64,000 nucleotides of DNA from IMG/VR virus record IMGVR_UViG_3300044846_005100, positions 32,001 to 96,000 of that record. One strand, 5' to 3'. Positions 36,435 through 48,557 of this stretch are shown here, in pieces. The number at the start of each line of letters is the position of its first letter. Position 1 is the first letter of the stretch. The translations under genes and the position numbers were made by a program. This stretch comes from a virus. The notes under the pieces were generated by a model. The model saw only the letters and a list, made by a program, of their open reading frames with translations. It searched no databases and was not told the DNA's origin.

Positions 36435-36994
36435 ATTTTAGGTAAATTAAGGTGTTTCCAATATCTATTTGTTCTAATACCATCTATTGTACTGTAAGAT
36501 ATGTTATAGCTTTCTGACAATTCTTTTGTTGTAGTTCCTCTTTGCAACAAAGAATGTATTTTAATAACATCTACATCTTTTAATTTAGAATTACGATTTT
36601 CTTCTCCTTTTAAGGTTAAATTGTTTTTAATAGCGTGGTCTAAATTCTCTCTATGAGAAACCCATTCTAAATTTTCAATAGCATTATCAGTTTTATCTCC
36701 ATTAATATGGTTTACTTGAAGTTTAGATTCAGTATTATCTATAAAATGTTCTGCTACAAGTCTATGAACAAGTACCATTTTTCTTGTTGCATTTTTTTGT
36801 AAAACAACAGTTAAATAACTTTTACTTTGAGGAGATAATTTAAGTAATCTTTCTTTTCTTGAAAATTCATTTCCTAAAGATTTTACATTTCCAAAATTAG
36901 AAACTTGATAAAATGTTTCATAACCTATAATATCTTTCCAAGTTTCTTTACTAGGTTTTTTCGTTGGTAAAACCCATATATTTTTTTCTTCCAT
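36431..36994 (-). CDS. NUMOD4-HNH homing endonuclease
   Basis: WKDIIGYE..YQVSNFGNVKS, VHRLVA, VNHINGDKTDN..NLEW. Confidence 0.92.
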   Translation of the reverse strand: MEEKNIWVLPTKKPSKETWKDIIGYETFYQVSNFGNVKSLGNEFSRKERLLKLSPQSKSYLTVVLQKNATRKMVLVHRLVAEHFIDNTESKLQVNHINGDKTDNAIENLEWVSHRENLDHAIKNNLTLKGEENRNSKLKDVDVIKIHSLLQRGTTTKELSESYNISYSTIDGIRTNRYWKHLNLPKI

Positions 36995-36999
36995 AATTA

Positions 37000-37263
37000 T
37001 TATTTTAAAATAATTGTTGATTGATTATAATTACTTTTACCACTACTTTGATTTGTTACAATGACTTCAGGAGTTTCTGTATTAGAATCTAATGGAATCA
37101 TAATCCAAACAGCTTTACTATAATTAGATGGAGATATTTGTAAAAACTTATATTGTTTTCCATTAATTTCATATATAGAGTGAGGAGTACTTATTACTTC
37201 TCCTTCATCATAACAAGAAGTTAATAATGCAATTGATGCTAATACTAATAATAATTTTTTCAT
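37000..37263 (-). CDS. Lipoprotein
   Basis: MKKLLL..LTSC lipobox. Confidence 0.75.
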   Translation of the reverse strand: MKKLLLVLASIALLTSCYDEGEVISTPHSIYEINGKQYKFLQISPSNYSKAVWIMIPLDSNTETPEVIVTNQSSGKSNYNQSTIILK

Positions 37264-37273
37264 GATTTTAATT

Positions 37274-37618
37274 TTAATTTTTTTGAAAAATTCCAAATAC
37301 ATTATGTTGTGTTCTATCTAAAATAAGTGTATGTTTTAAAACTTTAAGTCCAACATCACTTGGTTCATATAATCTTACAGTATCTTTATGAGTAAAGTAT
37401 TCAAACTCCAATCCTGTAAATGATATATATCCACTTTCATAATCTCCTTCTTTAATACAAGGATACCAATTAAATCCACTCCAATATTGAATACCAAAAC
37501 TATTCTGATTGAATCTGAATTTTTTATTATTGGTTGAAATGTAATTTTCAATTGGGTTTTCATATACTTTACCACAACTAGACAAAGTAATAATTAAGAT
37601 AACTAATAGTTTTTTCAT
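37274..37618 (-). CDS. Lipoprotein
   Basis: LSSC lipobox. Confidence 0.75.
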   Translation of the reverse strand: MKKLLVILIITLSSCGKVYENPIENYISTNNKKFRFNQNSFGIQYWSGFNWYPCIKEGDYESGYISFTGLEFEYFTHKDTVRLYEPSDVGLKVLKHTLILDRTQHNVFGIFQKN

Positions 37619-38128
37619 GATTTTAATTTTTAATTAAAAAAAATACTCCAACCTATCTACTCGTCAGTAGCATCAGTTGGAGGGTTCTCCGCTTATTTTC
37701 TTCGTCAGAGTGCTAAGACCTATCCGCAGTGAGCATTGCTAAGAGGCTTGACAGGTACTATTCAATAAGAGGTTTCATTGTTTCTAAATAAACAATTACG
37801 TTATTGAAAAAATTCCCTTCCTTTATACGTTGTATAGGGATAACCACTCATTGCAATTTTAAAGAAATTATCTTTACAGCATTGCGAGTATCATTAAAAA
37901 CTTACATAGCCATCAAGACTTGGGATAAAATTTGGATTGTTTAACTGCCTTACTCAAGCTATTCTCACTCAATTGGGGATTCAGCTCCATTTTACCATAC
38001 TCAACAAACATAACACCTCTTGATAGTGTTGTAATGACACTGGGGACAATTTACAGGAATCGAACCATACCCATCTACCAATTCATACATTACTTGTTTG
38101 TCTTTCTCTATGTAAGTCTTTTTTTTTA

Positions 38129-38578
38129 TTACATCAACAATAAAAGATTGTTATTTGGGCTTACCAAAACAGATTTTGTAGGAATAACTTTGTCTTGATT
38201 ATTTTTCAAGTATGTTGAAAATTTGTTATTACCAAATAACATTTCTTCTGCATCTTGAGAGGAATTTGGGATACCTTTAACATAAGCATAAGGGTATCCT
38301 GAACAAATAGCCCCTTCAGAGTAAAAAGTAACTTTTGTTTTATAAAAACCTATTTCTCCACTTCCTCTTTTTTTATAAGCTAATATAACCTTATCTTGAT
38401 ATTCTGGAGGTATGCACGCTGAATAAATATTTCCTTCAAAATCAAATTTAGGTAAGATTACTACAACTATATCCGTTATAGGGTCAAGAGGAAGTTCCTC
38501 TATTCCATGTTCATTAAAAATATTTAGGACTTTTTCAGATGCATCCTGAGCAACTAAATTTACTCTTAATTTTCCCAT
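38129..38578 (-). CDS. Hypothetical protein
   Basis: ORF. Confidence 0.75.
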   Translation of the reverse strand: MGKLRVNLVAQDASEKVLNIFNEHGIEELPLDPITDIVVVILPKFDFEGNIYSACIPPEYQDKVILAYKKRGSGEIGFYKTKVTFYSEGAICSGYPYAYVKGIPNSSQDAEEMLFGNNKFSTYLKNNQDKVIPTKSVLVSPNNNLLLLM

Positions 38579-38584
38579 ATCTTA

Positions 38585-38920
38585 TTATTTTGAAAAGTAT
38601 TTGTTAAAAGTTTCTTGTTTCACTTTTAATTCTACTTCCAAAAGAGCTTTTTGGTATTCAGCATTTATGATTTTTTCAAATCTTTCTTGACACTCCGCTT
38701 TGGTAATAGCTGACTTACCTGAATTTAAGTCTGTTTCTAAAGTAAAGTCTTCCAATTCAAAAATAGTGTCCTCAAGGGTCTCTATTTTAGTCTGAATAGT
38801 GTCTAATACTTCTTTTTGTAAGTCTCTTTTAATAGAGACTTCAAATTTACTTGCTCTTTCTTTTACTGATTTGTTTTGAGACATTAAAGTGTTTGCTCTG
38901 CTCATTATTTCTTTTGCCAT
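38585..38920 (-). CDS. Coiled-coil hypothetical protein
   Basis: ORF. Confidence 0.75.
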   Translation of the reverse strand: MAKEIMSRANTLMSQNKSVKERASKFEVSIKRDLQKEVLDTIQTKIETLEDTIFELEDFTLETDLNSGKSAITKAECQERFEKIINAEYQKALLEVELKVKQETFNKYFSK

Positions 38921-38947
38921 AAAAATTTGTTTTATTTTGTTAATAAA

Positions 38948-39340
38948 TTAAAGTTGTATTCCTAAGATTTCAAGGCTTATTTCATCCCATTTAGTGTCTG
39001 CTCTAAATCGTGTATCTGCTTCACCAGCAAAACATTCAATTTCTTCCTCTAATCCGTTTTCATAGGTTAAAATTAAAGTAGGAGTTGCCCAATTTGAAGA
39101 CAAATAAGTGTAATTATCATTAGTGGGCTTGCCTTTTTCAAAAATTTCACCACCTGTGAAATCCCAATCACCTTCTAAACCTGCCTCTGCTTCTAAAGTA
39201 GGATGCTCCTTAAATCTCTCTTTAATAATAGAGGCGGCTTTATCCCAATCAAAAGCTCTTTGAGGTCTACCTTGTCTCCCTGCAATCTTTGCATTATTTC
39301 CCATGAATCCTTCCGCAAAGGTAAAATTACTTTCTTTCAT
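38948..39340 (-). CDS. Hypothetical phage protein
   Basis: FDWDKAA..AGLEGDW..YLSSNWATP. Confidence 0.8.
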   Translation of the reverse strand: MKESNFTFAEGFMGNNAKIAGRQGRPQRAFDWDKAASIIKERFKEHPTLEAEAGLEGDWDFTGGEIFEKGKPTNDNYTYLSSNWATPTLILTYENGLEEEIECFAGEADTRFRADTKWDEISLEILGIQL

Positions 39341-39710
39341 TGTTTAAATTTTAATATGAATAATTAGCACCCTATTCTACTACTTGCGTTTGCTACCTCG
39401 ACCAGGTTTCCGTAATAGAATAGGGTCACAATAGTTGTGAGTGTGTAGTTTAATCTACCATTTAGTTTCATCTAACTATCTTGCTGATAACTCCCAATAC
39501 CATAGCATTTACATTCCGCTACATTAAACAAGCATATATCATGTATCTTGTGTGTATTCTGCATATTACTATGCAGTTTCAATCAGGGTTTAGATTATTT
39601 TAAGTTAATAATTTTTTTCTATGGGCTACTAAACCTTTTATAGTAGCAAATTTTTTCAAAAAAAAATGTCAATGAACGCTATTCCCCGAAGGGATTTTAT
39701 TTTGATTTGT

Positions 39711-39887
39711 TTAAGACTCTCTCAAACAAATTTCTTTTTTTCTTTCTTCTTGGTAATGATACCAATCTTTTTGTGTTTTTGTTAAAGGCTTTTCTTTTTT
39801 ATCTCTCTCGGAAGCTAAGTATCCTTCATCATAAATCCTTGCATATACTTTAGGAAAAACTTTTTCGATTATTTTTTTTACTACCAT
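39711..39887 (-). CDS. Hypothetical protein
   Basis: ORF downstream of a TAnnTTTG box. Confidence 0.6.
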   Translation of the reverse strand: MVVKKIIEKVFPKVYARIYDEGYLASERDKKEKPLTKTQKDWYHYQEERKKEICLRES

Positions 39888-39949
39888 GATATATTTTTTA
39901 AGGGGTTGCAAAATTAATACTATTTTTTTTTAATCAACGTATTTTTTTT

Positions 39950-40333
39950 CTATTCCTGATAAAATTCAATATAAGTGTCCGAATGCCAAATTCTTATCAT
40001 ACTGATTTTTTTGAAAATTTGTACCTTAATCACTTTGTTCATCTCATCCAAATAACGCTGATAGGTATAAGGTGTTCCGTTTTCAGTAGTTCCTTCTTCA
40101 ATTTCTCCAAAAGGAGTGAATACTTCTGATGCTCCTCCAACTATAACCATCTTTATTTTAGGAGAGCAGTTATAATTCACATAAAACAAAACCTGCTTAT
40201 TTATCATTCTTTTCTCCTCTGTGAGCCTTTTTTGTGCTATAAGGGTAGTTGTGTTCATTAAATACTCATCGCATTGAGAGAAGGCATTAAATGAAGCCAA
40301 AATAGAGATTAATATTATTGTTATTTTTTTCAT
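39950..40333 (-). CDS. Secreted hypothetical protein
   Basis: Signal peptide ending AFSQ. Confidence 0.75.
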   Translation of the reverse strand: MKKITIILISILASFNAFSQCDEYLMNTTTLIAQKRLTEEKRMINKQVLFYVNYNCSPKIKMVIVGGASEVFTPFGEIEEGTTENGTPYTYQRYLDEMNKVIKVQIFKKISMIRIWHSDTYIEFYQE

Positions 40334-40337
40334 CTGA

Positions 40338-40709
40338 TTAGTTTTTAAAACTGATTGTTAAATTTTCTATTGAAACCATATTATTTTCAAAATACTTTGT
40401 TTCTTTGTAGAATCCTTCAAGAAATTCTTTTGTATCTAAAGGTAGAGAATCAAAATGTCTTCTGATTTTAGCCCTTGTCTTTGACTTTTTAAATTTATCC
40501 TTACAATACAAATATTTTTCGGTAAGTCTTTTGTACAAAAATATAGGCTCTACCATTGATAATAATTCTTTTATTGTTTCGGTTTCTTTCAGCTTAACAA
40601 TAAAATCTTTTGCCTGCTCAAAGGTATCAAAGATTTCAGTAGAATATACTACTATTTCTTCTCCGATTTTTTCCAATGCTATAAAGCCGATTGTTTTTAA
40701 TTTTAACAT
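40338..40709 (-). CDS. Early hypothetical protein
   Basis: Packed ORF. Confidence 0.7.
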   Translation of the reverse strand: MLKLKTIGFIALEKIGEEIVVYSTEIFDTFEQAKDFIVKLKETETIKELLSMVEPIFLYKRLTEKYLYCKDKFKKSKTRAKIRRHFDSLPLDTKEFLEGFYKETKYFENNMVSIENLTISFKN

Positions 40710-40719
40710 AATTTTAAAT

Positions 40720-41268
40720 TTAAGAAATTATTGAATGAAACTTTTTTAAACTACACTCTGATAATAAAATATTTTTCTTGTTATTTGCTTCAATATTAAT
40801 GCCTGATGCTGATTCTATTATTAAATAGTCTGCTTCGGTTTGTTGTAAAATATTTTGAAAAGGAATATGTGAAGAACCCGAAGAGATTTCCACTATAAAA
40901 ATAGGTTCTTCATCTCCTTTATAAGAATTATTTTTAACTCTAAATCTTTTTATTGTAAAAGCACTATTGTTTTCTAACATAGTGTATAAGTCGGTAGCGG
41001 ATTTAGTAGTGGTAGCCAAAGGAATATTTAAAGTGAAAATAATTTCTATCTTTACTATTTCCTTATAAGAAGTAATTACAAAATCTAACATGGTGTTTTC
41101 TCCCTCTGCAATAGCTTCTTTCAAGTCAGTTTCACTCCAGCCATACTCGAATATTTCATCGTCAGCTTGTTCATCTTGTTCAGCATCGTCATACTCTTTA
41201 ACAATGTAACCATTAATCTCTGACTTATCATCTTTCCAATATCCTTCTATTTCAAAATACTTACTCAT
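40720..41268 (-). CDS. Early protein with an acidic N-terminal domain
   Basis: Packed ORF. Confidence 0.75.
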   Translation of the reverse strand: MSKYFEIEGYWKDDKSEINGYIVKEYDDAEQDEQADDEIFEYGWSETDLKEAIAEGENTMLDFVITSYKEIVKIEIIFTLNIPLATTTKSATDLYTMLENNSAFTIKRFRVKNNSYKGDEEPIFIVEISSGSSHIPFQNILQQTEADYLIIESASGINIEANNKKNILLSECSLKKFHSIIS

Positions 41269-41275
41269 AATATTA

Positions 41276-41872
41276 TTATTTTATTTCAATTAATTCTCCA
41301 TTTTCATTTTCCATGTATTGAGCATCTTCGGGGTCTTCCCATTCTGTATAGTAATACACTTCGTTTTTGTAAGCCTCTTCAAGCAATTTTTTATCACTAA
41401 CATTGGCTGAATCGGGATTACTTTCTCTCAAATATTCTATCAAATATTTTTCTTCTGAAAAGTATTTTTCCCCATCCATAACACAATATCCCTCATTCAT
41501 ACCTTTACCTGTGGCATCACATTTTCTAGCGAAAAAAGTAGTAGAACCTACAACATCCTCGATAGATAACTCCACACTCTCAAAGTAATCTGAACTATCA
41601 TTTTTGTATTCGGTGTAAATGTAAATACTATTAGAATAAACTATCAATTGGATGATATTTGTTCTCCATTCAGTTTCTTCATCCTCATCATCAAAAAACT
41701 TAACATCCCCATCAATATCAACCCTCATATTACTGATAAAAGGATTTTGTTTTATAAGTTCTTGACAGACAGTTATTCTGCCTTTATCTACATCTGTAAA
41801 GTTGATTCCAATAGAGTGGACATCATAACTATTTCCGTTTTCGGTAGAATACCCTTTTAATACTTTTTTCAT
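41276..41872 (-). CDS. Early acidic two-domain protein
   Basis: ARKCDATGKGMNEGY..YYYTEWE. Confidence 0.75.
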   Translation of the reverse strand: MKKVLKGYSTENGNSYDVHSIGINFTDVDKGRITVCQELIKQNPFISNMRVDIDGDVKFFDDEDEETEWRTNIIQLIVYSNSIYIYTEYKNDSSDYFESVELSIEDVVGSTTFFARKCDATGKGMNEGYCVMDGEKYFSEEKYLIEYLRESNPDSANVSDKKLLEEAYKNEVYYYTEWEDPEDAQYMENENGELIEIK

Positions 41873-41881
41873 GGATGTATA

Positions 41882-42112
41882 TTATTTAGTTAATGTGAAA
41901 AATTCGTGTAAATCATAAATGTCAAATAAATGCTCATCTTCTTGGTCATCTATAATAATAATAGCTTCTTTAGCATAAGGATTTTCAGGTTCAAATCCTA
42001 TAATAGGATATGCTTTCCCTATGGTTAAGGCTTCTTCTCTTGTGCTGTGCATTACACATTTTTGTATTGCATACAAGTTAGTACCTATTTCTAAATCTCC
42101 TCTTTCTATCAT
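41882..42112 (-). CDS. Early hypothetical protein
   Basis: First ORF after a promoter cassette. Confidence 0.75.
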   Translation of the reverse strand: MIERGDLEIGTNLYAIQKCVMHSTREEALTIGKAYPIIGFEPENPYAKEAIIIIDDQEDEHLFDIYDLHEFFTLTK

Positions 42113-42145
42113 AACATTATTGTTTTTGTTGGTTAAAAAATATGA

Positions 42146-42214
42146 TGCAAAATTACTGCTTTTCGTGTTGGGTGTGTTAGCAATTTTGTTGCAAAAACTT
42201 TAAAAATTGTTGCA
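42146..42214 (-). promoter_or_regulatory. Early promoter cassette 1
   Basis: Two TGCAACAA boxes 21 bp apart plus TAnnTTTGCA -7 box. Confidence 0.85.
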
Positions 42215-42223
42215 AAAAAATAT

Positions 42224-44997
42224 TTATATATCTTTTGCAATTTTTACGAGTTCTGCAAATTCCCGATAAGACAATATTTTTCGCTCCATATTGGTTAATC
42301 CTAAATACTTGTAGTCAATATCCTCAAAGCTATACACAAACATTCTCCCGATGGCTTTATATGTAGTGGTTTTAACCAATCTATACCCAAATAATCCTAA
42401 AATAAATTTTATCATAATTTTTTTATTTGTTTTTTAATAATAAATTAATTTGTTCTAATTGTGCTTCTTTTACAAATTGATAATCTTCTGCACCAACTGC
42501 ATTTTCCAATACCTCTTCAATTCCGTCTTCAAATCTATTGTAGCCTACAATTTTTCCGTCTCCTGCATTAATTATTTTTGCACATTCAGCATAATCATCC
42601 TCCCAAAGAGCAAAACACAATTTCTTTCCAAAGGCAATGTTATACACATACTTCGGGCATCTTATTTCTTTTTCAAGGTCAAACAATGCTTGTCCTACTT
42701 CGTCATCGTGCTGAAATAGGTCATATAATTCCATTTTGTTTTTTAATGCTTCAAATTTTTCTTTAATGTTTTTCATTTGCTTTTATCTATTTATTCTAAC
42801 GTGTCCAAAATAAGTTTCTTCTAAATTCTCTATAATTCGGTCATTCACTAAGTCCATAAATGTCGATATTTCATAATAGCCTAAATGCTCCTCTTCATCG
42901 CTTGTCATACCTAAGTTTTTCAACTCATCTATCATTTCGTGGGTATTATCAAATACTTGATTTTCGATTTCTTCTAAAATTCTTCTATTTTCTAATAATA
43001 ATACTATAATTTTCATAATTTTTTATTTAACTAATTCTTTAATTATATCTTCTACTTCTCCTTCTTCTAAAGCATCACAAATGGAATTAAACTCTCTTCC
43101 ATTTTCTTCTTTAGTTATTCCTCTTAGTCTTGCTATCTCATCAAGAAGTCCTATTATTTCCACGTTACTTTGTGGATTAGGAGATAAAAATCTTGATTCA
43201 GTTTCGTTATTTTGAGCTATATATTTTAACAGCTCTTTCCATTTGTCTTCCATAAACTATTGAATTTTACTTGTTTTTAAATTTTCTATTGTTATAAATC
43301 TAATTACATCAATGCTTGAATGTATTTCCTCTTCATTGAAAGCACGTTGGAATCCTTCTAAGGTATAAACTCTACCTTGTCTTTCACATTCATCCATCCA
43401 TTCTTTTTCTGTTAATTCCGTAAATCCTTTGTCGATTGAAATATCTTGACAATCTAAAACATATACTCTAATTTCTTTATTCATATTTTTTTTATTTTAA
43501 TTGTTCTTAATAATTATCCTGCAATCCTTCATACCAAAAGTCAGGGAAGTCACAAGGCTCACTACTGAAACCACAAACACAATTAATTTCTTCATCATCT
43601 GTGTTGCAAAACATAACATCCCCACAACCACCACAATTAACTAAATTTACTCCTATTGCTTGTATTTTCTCTTGGAAGGCTATTTGGCTTATTGCAAACT
43701 CTCTTTTTGTCATAATTTTTAATTTTAATATAAACCACTTTCTTGTTCAAAAATACACTCTGCTATAATCCAATCCGAATCCTCTCCATAAATTTCAATG
43801 ATTTCCTCCACGCTATTATAATAAGAGGAAATGTGTTCTTCTATTTCTTCTTCTGTGTAATTGTCTAAGTTTATATAACTCTCAATAAATTCATCATCCT
43901 CATACTCTGGCAACTCTCTATTTTTTTCTTTAAACTGAAAATATCTTTTATCAAGTTGTCTTCCGTATTGTTGATTATCTAAATCTGTACATTTCCAACC
44001 TAGCTCCTCCATTATTTTTTCTGAATTAAATTCAGCACTATCTTCTAATCCTTCATACCAATAGTCTTGGCAATCGTTGAAATATACTTTTTCTCCACAA
44101 CCAAAACATTCAGTTTCTTCCTCGTTTATATCGTGCATTATGATTGCTGAACATTCATTACATTCTACAATATTTATATTGGCAAATTCTTGGATTCTTT
44201 TTTGCAATTCTATTTGTCTTATTGCTAATTCTCTTCTGTCCATTATTTGATAAGTTTTTAGTTAATACATCCTTTTACAAATTTCTCAATAGCTTCATCC
44301 CAATCTAAATCCTCGTCTTCCCATTTGTGGTCTTCGGGATATATGAAAATAAATCTTTCTGCGATTGTGATAGCGGTATCTATTTGTTGGAAAAAACTAC
44401 CATTAATTTTTTCTTCTAATAATTGGTTGTACATTATGTAACCTACCACTCTTGCTAATTCCTTATTCATATTATTTGATATGTTTTAATGAATATAAAC
44501 TCGTCCAAATATGAGCAAATCCTTTCTCTACACAGAAGTTGTATAAATCTTTGTCTGACATTCCTTCAAAATCATGGTCATCAAACATAGTAGATAATTC
44601 TTCCTCACAATGTGTTCTTTCATCCTCTATATAAAAATTTACTACTGAAATTATTGAGGTACGTTCTTCTCTTCCTATGGTCATAATACTATTGGTTTAA
44701 ATCGTTAAAAAATATTGAATAAATGAATTCGTAGATAGCCACCATATCATCGGTTTCTAAGTCTCCTAAATCCGTTTCTGTGTCATCGGATGTACGGATA
44801 ATAATCAAGTTTCTACGCATTTCTATTTCTTTCACTACTTCGGGGGAATAACAATCTCCCACTACTACAATAGACACATCGTCTTCCTTACTTACTGATA
44901 TGATACTATCTGTTTCAATAATTTCAGAGCAATCTTTTAAAATATTTGCTCTAAGCGTTTGGATAGTTTCATTATAATCTACAAATTGTTTTTTCAT
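42224..44997 (-). other. Run of 10 small early ORFs (42224-42415, 42423-42776, 42783-43016, 43023-43253, 43257-43484, 43507-43713, 43725-44243, 44258-44470, 44472-44684, 44689-44997)
   Basis: Tightly packed, mostly acidic; two are Zn-ribbon paralogs. Confidence 0.75.
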
Positions 44998-45026
44998 ATT
45001 CTTTTTATTTTAAATAATTAATTTAC

Positions 45027-45095
45027 TGCAAAATTACTACCTTTTGGTGTTTGGGTGTTACAACTTTTGTTGCAATTTATTTAATTTTTGTTGCA
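45027..45095 (-). promoter_or_regulatory. Early promoter cassette 2
   Basis: Same architecture as cassette 1. Confidence 0.85.
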
Positions 45096-45157
45096 TTATT
45101 TTGATAATTTTGTTGATACAAAGGCTATCAAGAATAATATGCCCATAATACAAACTC

Positions 45158-45736
45158 CTAACCACATACCACATTTTTTATATATCTTTTTTTCATTGAA
45201 ACAAATATTTCCAAAGTCTTAAATTTAGATACTAAACAATCTTCACTAAATTGTAACTTGCTACCCATGATAGGACTATCTCCATGTCCATTTGTAACTT
45301 TTTGGCAAATCTCTTCTGCTTTTTCAGAAGTGAATTGAGTAGGCTCAATAGACATTGTGGTACAAATTTGTTTATTATTATCCACTCCTAAAGAAATACA
45401 AGTTTCTTTATAATAAACAATAGTGTTACATCGTTCCAAACAAGGATATTTTTTGATATTATCAATTATTTTCTCTAATTGACTTATACTTTTTTCAGTA
45501 AATTCAATTATGGAAGACATTTCCTTGATATTGGTAGCAAAAGGGTCTGCTATATCATGGATGATGATTCCATTTTCAGTTTGTTGGGCAAACTTATTTT
45601 GATTTTCTAATAGTGAATAATATTCTTTTTTGTCCATTGTGTACCCTCCATTATTTGAATAGCCCATATTCTGTGGGAGTTGTCCTACATTTGTTTCTTG
45701 AATCGCATAATCTGCGTTTGTTACTAATTTGTGCAT
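45158..45736 (-). CDS. Early protein with an N-terminal GYSNNGGYTM domain
   Basis: N-terminus is paralogous to 52022-52186. Confidence 0.75.
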   Translation of the reverse strand: MHKLVTNADYAIQETNVGQLPQNMGYSNNGGYTMDKKEYYSLLENQNKFAQQTENGIIIHDIADPFATNIKEMSSIIEFTEKSISQLEKIIDNIKKYPCLERCNTIVYYKETCISLGVDNNKQICTTMSIEPTQFTSEKAEEICQKVTNGHGDSPIMGSKLQFSEDCLVSKFKTLEIFVSMKKRYIKNVVCG

Positions 45737-45755
45737 AATATATAATTTAATTTTT

Positions 45756-46172
45756 TTAATCTAAAAATAATGATGTAATATCTTCTACATGAACAATATC
45801 CTCCTTGCTAAATAGTACTTGATAATCTCCTTCTAAATAATCCTTCACTTCAATTAATAATACTTTAAAATCATGATTGGTTAGCAAAAATTTCAACTCT
45901 TCCTTTATAATCCATTGGTAGAAACATTCAAGGTTTTTATAAGCACAAAATCTACCTTTCATTATTTTATCATCAAATACATCTCTATTTATATATTTTC
46001 CTCCATTAATTCCTGCATCCTTAAAAGGTGCTGGTAATTCCTCATGTAATTTAAGCATATTTTCTGTTTCAGAAGTTTTCCCTAAAACATATCTATCGGA
46101 ATCAATAGCTCTATTGGCTCTAAACATTCCATATCCGTCTGTGTGTTCTACTCTAACTATTTTCTTGTTCAT
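45756..46172 (-). CDS. Early hypothetical protein
   Basis: VRVEH..GYGMF. Confidence 0.75.
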   Translation of the reverse strand: MNKKIVRVEHTDGYGMFRANRAIDSDRYVLGKTSETENMLKLHEELPAPFKDAGINGGKYINRDVFDDKIMKGRFCAYKNLECFYQWIIKEELKFLLTNHDFKVLLIEVKDYLEGDYQVLFSKEDIVHVEDITSLFLD

Positions 46173-46201
46173 ATTTTATTATTATTGGTTAAAAAATATA
46201 G

Positions 46202-46269
46202 TGCAAAATTATGATGTTTTGGGATTCTATCCTAACAATTTTGTTGCAATTAGTTTAAATTTTGTTGCA
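46202..46269 (-). promoter_or_regulatory. Early promoter cassette 3
   Basis: Same architecture as cassette 1. Confidence 0.85.
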
Positions 46270-46460
46270 TTGTTTCTAACTTCGGGATTAACTCTTCAAG
46301 TAACTCTTTTTTACCTAAAAAAAATCCATAAGATTCCGTATCTTCATAATTCATTACATCGGGTGTATTATCTATTATGTTAGAATACTCCTCTAGTCTT
46401 TCTTTTAATTCTTTTATAAGATTTTCCATTTTTTATGCTTTTATTGTGAAATAATTTTGA

Positions 46461-48524
46461 TTATGCTTCTTTTGAGGAATTATACCATTGTACAAATTCA
46501 ACACAAGCGTTATAAACTGCTTCAATTTTAGTATTGCAATCATTTGAAAAAGCAAACCCATTCTCTATATATACATCAATAGCACAACCTTGTGGCGCAA
46601 ATAATACATTTGTAAATTCATTATAGTTTTCTATCTTCTCCACTACTTGCATAAGCCAATTCCAATCGGTGTCGTATTTTGTACAATCTAAAAATCTATC
46701 AGTATGCCATTTTTTATGATTAGGAGTATTTTCAAAACCCCAAAATCCTTCATTATTTTGGTAGCAACCCATAAACTCTGCTAATAACTTATTATTTTCT
46801 ATAATTTGTGTATTCATTTTAACAATAATTTAGTATAAAATTTATTAATTTTTCATCAACTCCTTTAGCCTCCAATTCTCTATAAACATGGTCAGCATCT
46901 AAGCATTCACTTATCCACTTGTTACCATTTATATCTAAAAAGCCTATAACATATCCACTATTCATTTCTCCTTCAACTTCGGGAGTTTTCCAAAAGCCTG
47001 CCATTGAAATTTGTTCGTTTGGGGTGCTTATCGACACACATTTCTTAAAATCTATTTCTTGCATAATTTTAGTTATTTATTTTGATTATAATGTTCAACA
47101 AAAGAAACACAACCATTGAAAACTCCTTCGATATTCAAATCCGCCAATGAATAATAAATTTTTTCATAATCTTCCCCCATAAATTCACTTAATGAATAAC
47201 ATTTTTTTACCACTTCTACAAGCAAATTCCAATCCGAATCGTATTTTAAATATCTTGCAATATTCTCAATTATCTTTTCTTTTTCTATTTCTCGTGTGAA
47301 ATAATAAGGGCTATCACTCCATGAATAATGCCCTCCATGATATGAAAGATTATCAAATACTCCCATAAATTCTGCCAACAATTGTTTTTTTGCTACTATG
47401 TCCGTAATGGAAACTATTTCTTTTAACTCAATTTGAGATAAATCCATATCTATTGTAAATCCTAAGGTAACATCACAACTATTAAAAACATGATTTGCTT
47501 TTTCAAGATTATAAGTAATCTCTTTTTTTGCCATTTCTAAAGCCTCTTCTCTACTATCTGTATATACTACTCCATTATCGAAAGAAGTCCATATTGTGCT
47601 TGTAGTTAAGCTATATTCCCATTTTTTGTTTGATTGATTCATTTTTTTAATTTTTAATAAGTTAAACTATCTAAATAAGTGCTTGGAAATTCCCACGTTA
47701 TATCCTCATAAACTCGTTCTACAAATTCATTGATAAATTTATCATCTATTGTAGGCATAACTCCGTCATAGGATTCTAATAGATATTCCTTTGCTTCTTC
47801 TTTGTTAAGCCAATTAGTAACAACTTCTTTTATTCTATTCCTACTATAAACATCGTCTATATCCTCTGCATTTTCGGGAATATAACAAGGTGCATCGGGG
47901 TTATTTTTGAAATTTTCATCGTTATAATACCCTCCCTCCGCATTGGATTCTAAGCCGTATTTTTCTATTATTGTATTTAAATTTTCCATTTTATATTTAA
48001 AATTGATAAAGATTTTAAAAAATTAATAACTTTTTCTTTTTCTTCTTGTGTAGCCTTCGGGAACATACCATAGTCAGAAGTAAAAAAGCTACTACCTACA
48101 AATCCTAAATTGTTTTCTTCCATTTCAAAAGATATATCTTGTATCTCGTAACAATCAATTGGCTCATCTCCCCAAAATAACTTATTTTCAGCATCCGCCA
48201 TAGTTACTATATGAATATTTCCATTAATGTTTAAAAATTCTATAATTTGCTCCATACTTATTTGTTTAAATGATTATTACCTAATAAAATTATATCTGTC
48301 TCTATTATATCTTCTTTGGTATTAAACTCTTGAAATCTTAAATCAAAATTAAGATTATTATCTACTAATAATTTTATATATTGATTCATTTCTTCAATTT
48401 GCCAAATTTCAAAAAATTCATCGGGTTTTACTCCTGCAATTCCATTTGTTTTATCGCACCAAATAGTATAATAAAATGTATTTTTATCTTTTACTGATTC
48501 TAATAAGTTTTTTAAATTTTCCAT
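46461..48524 (-). other. Run of 6 early ORFs (46461-46817, 46819-47064, 47073-47642, 47654-47989, 47977-48255, 48258-48524)
   Basis: Packed; two share an LLAEFMG..KYD.DWN domain. Confidence 0.75.
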
Positions 48525-48557
48525 TTTTTATGATTTTTACTTGTTAAATAATTTTAC

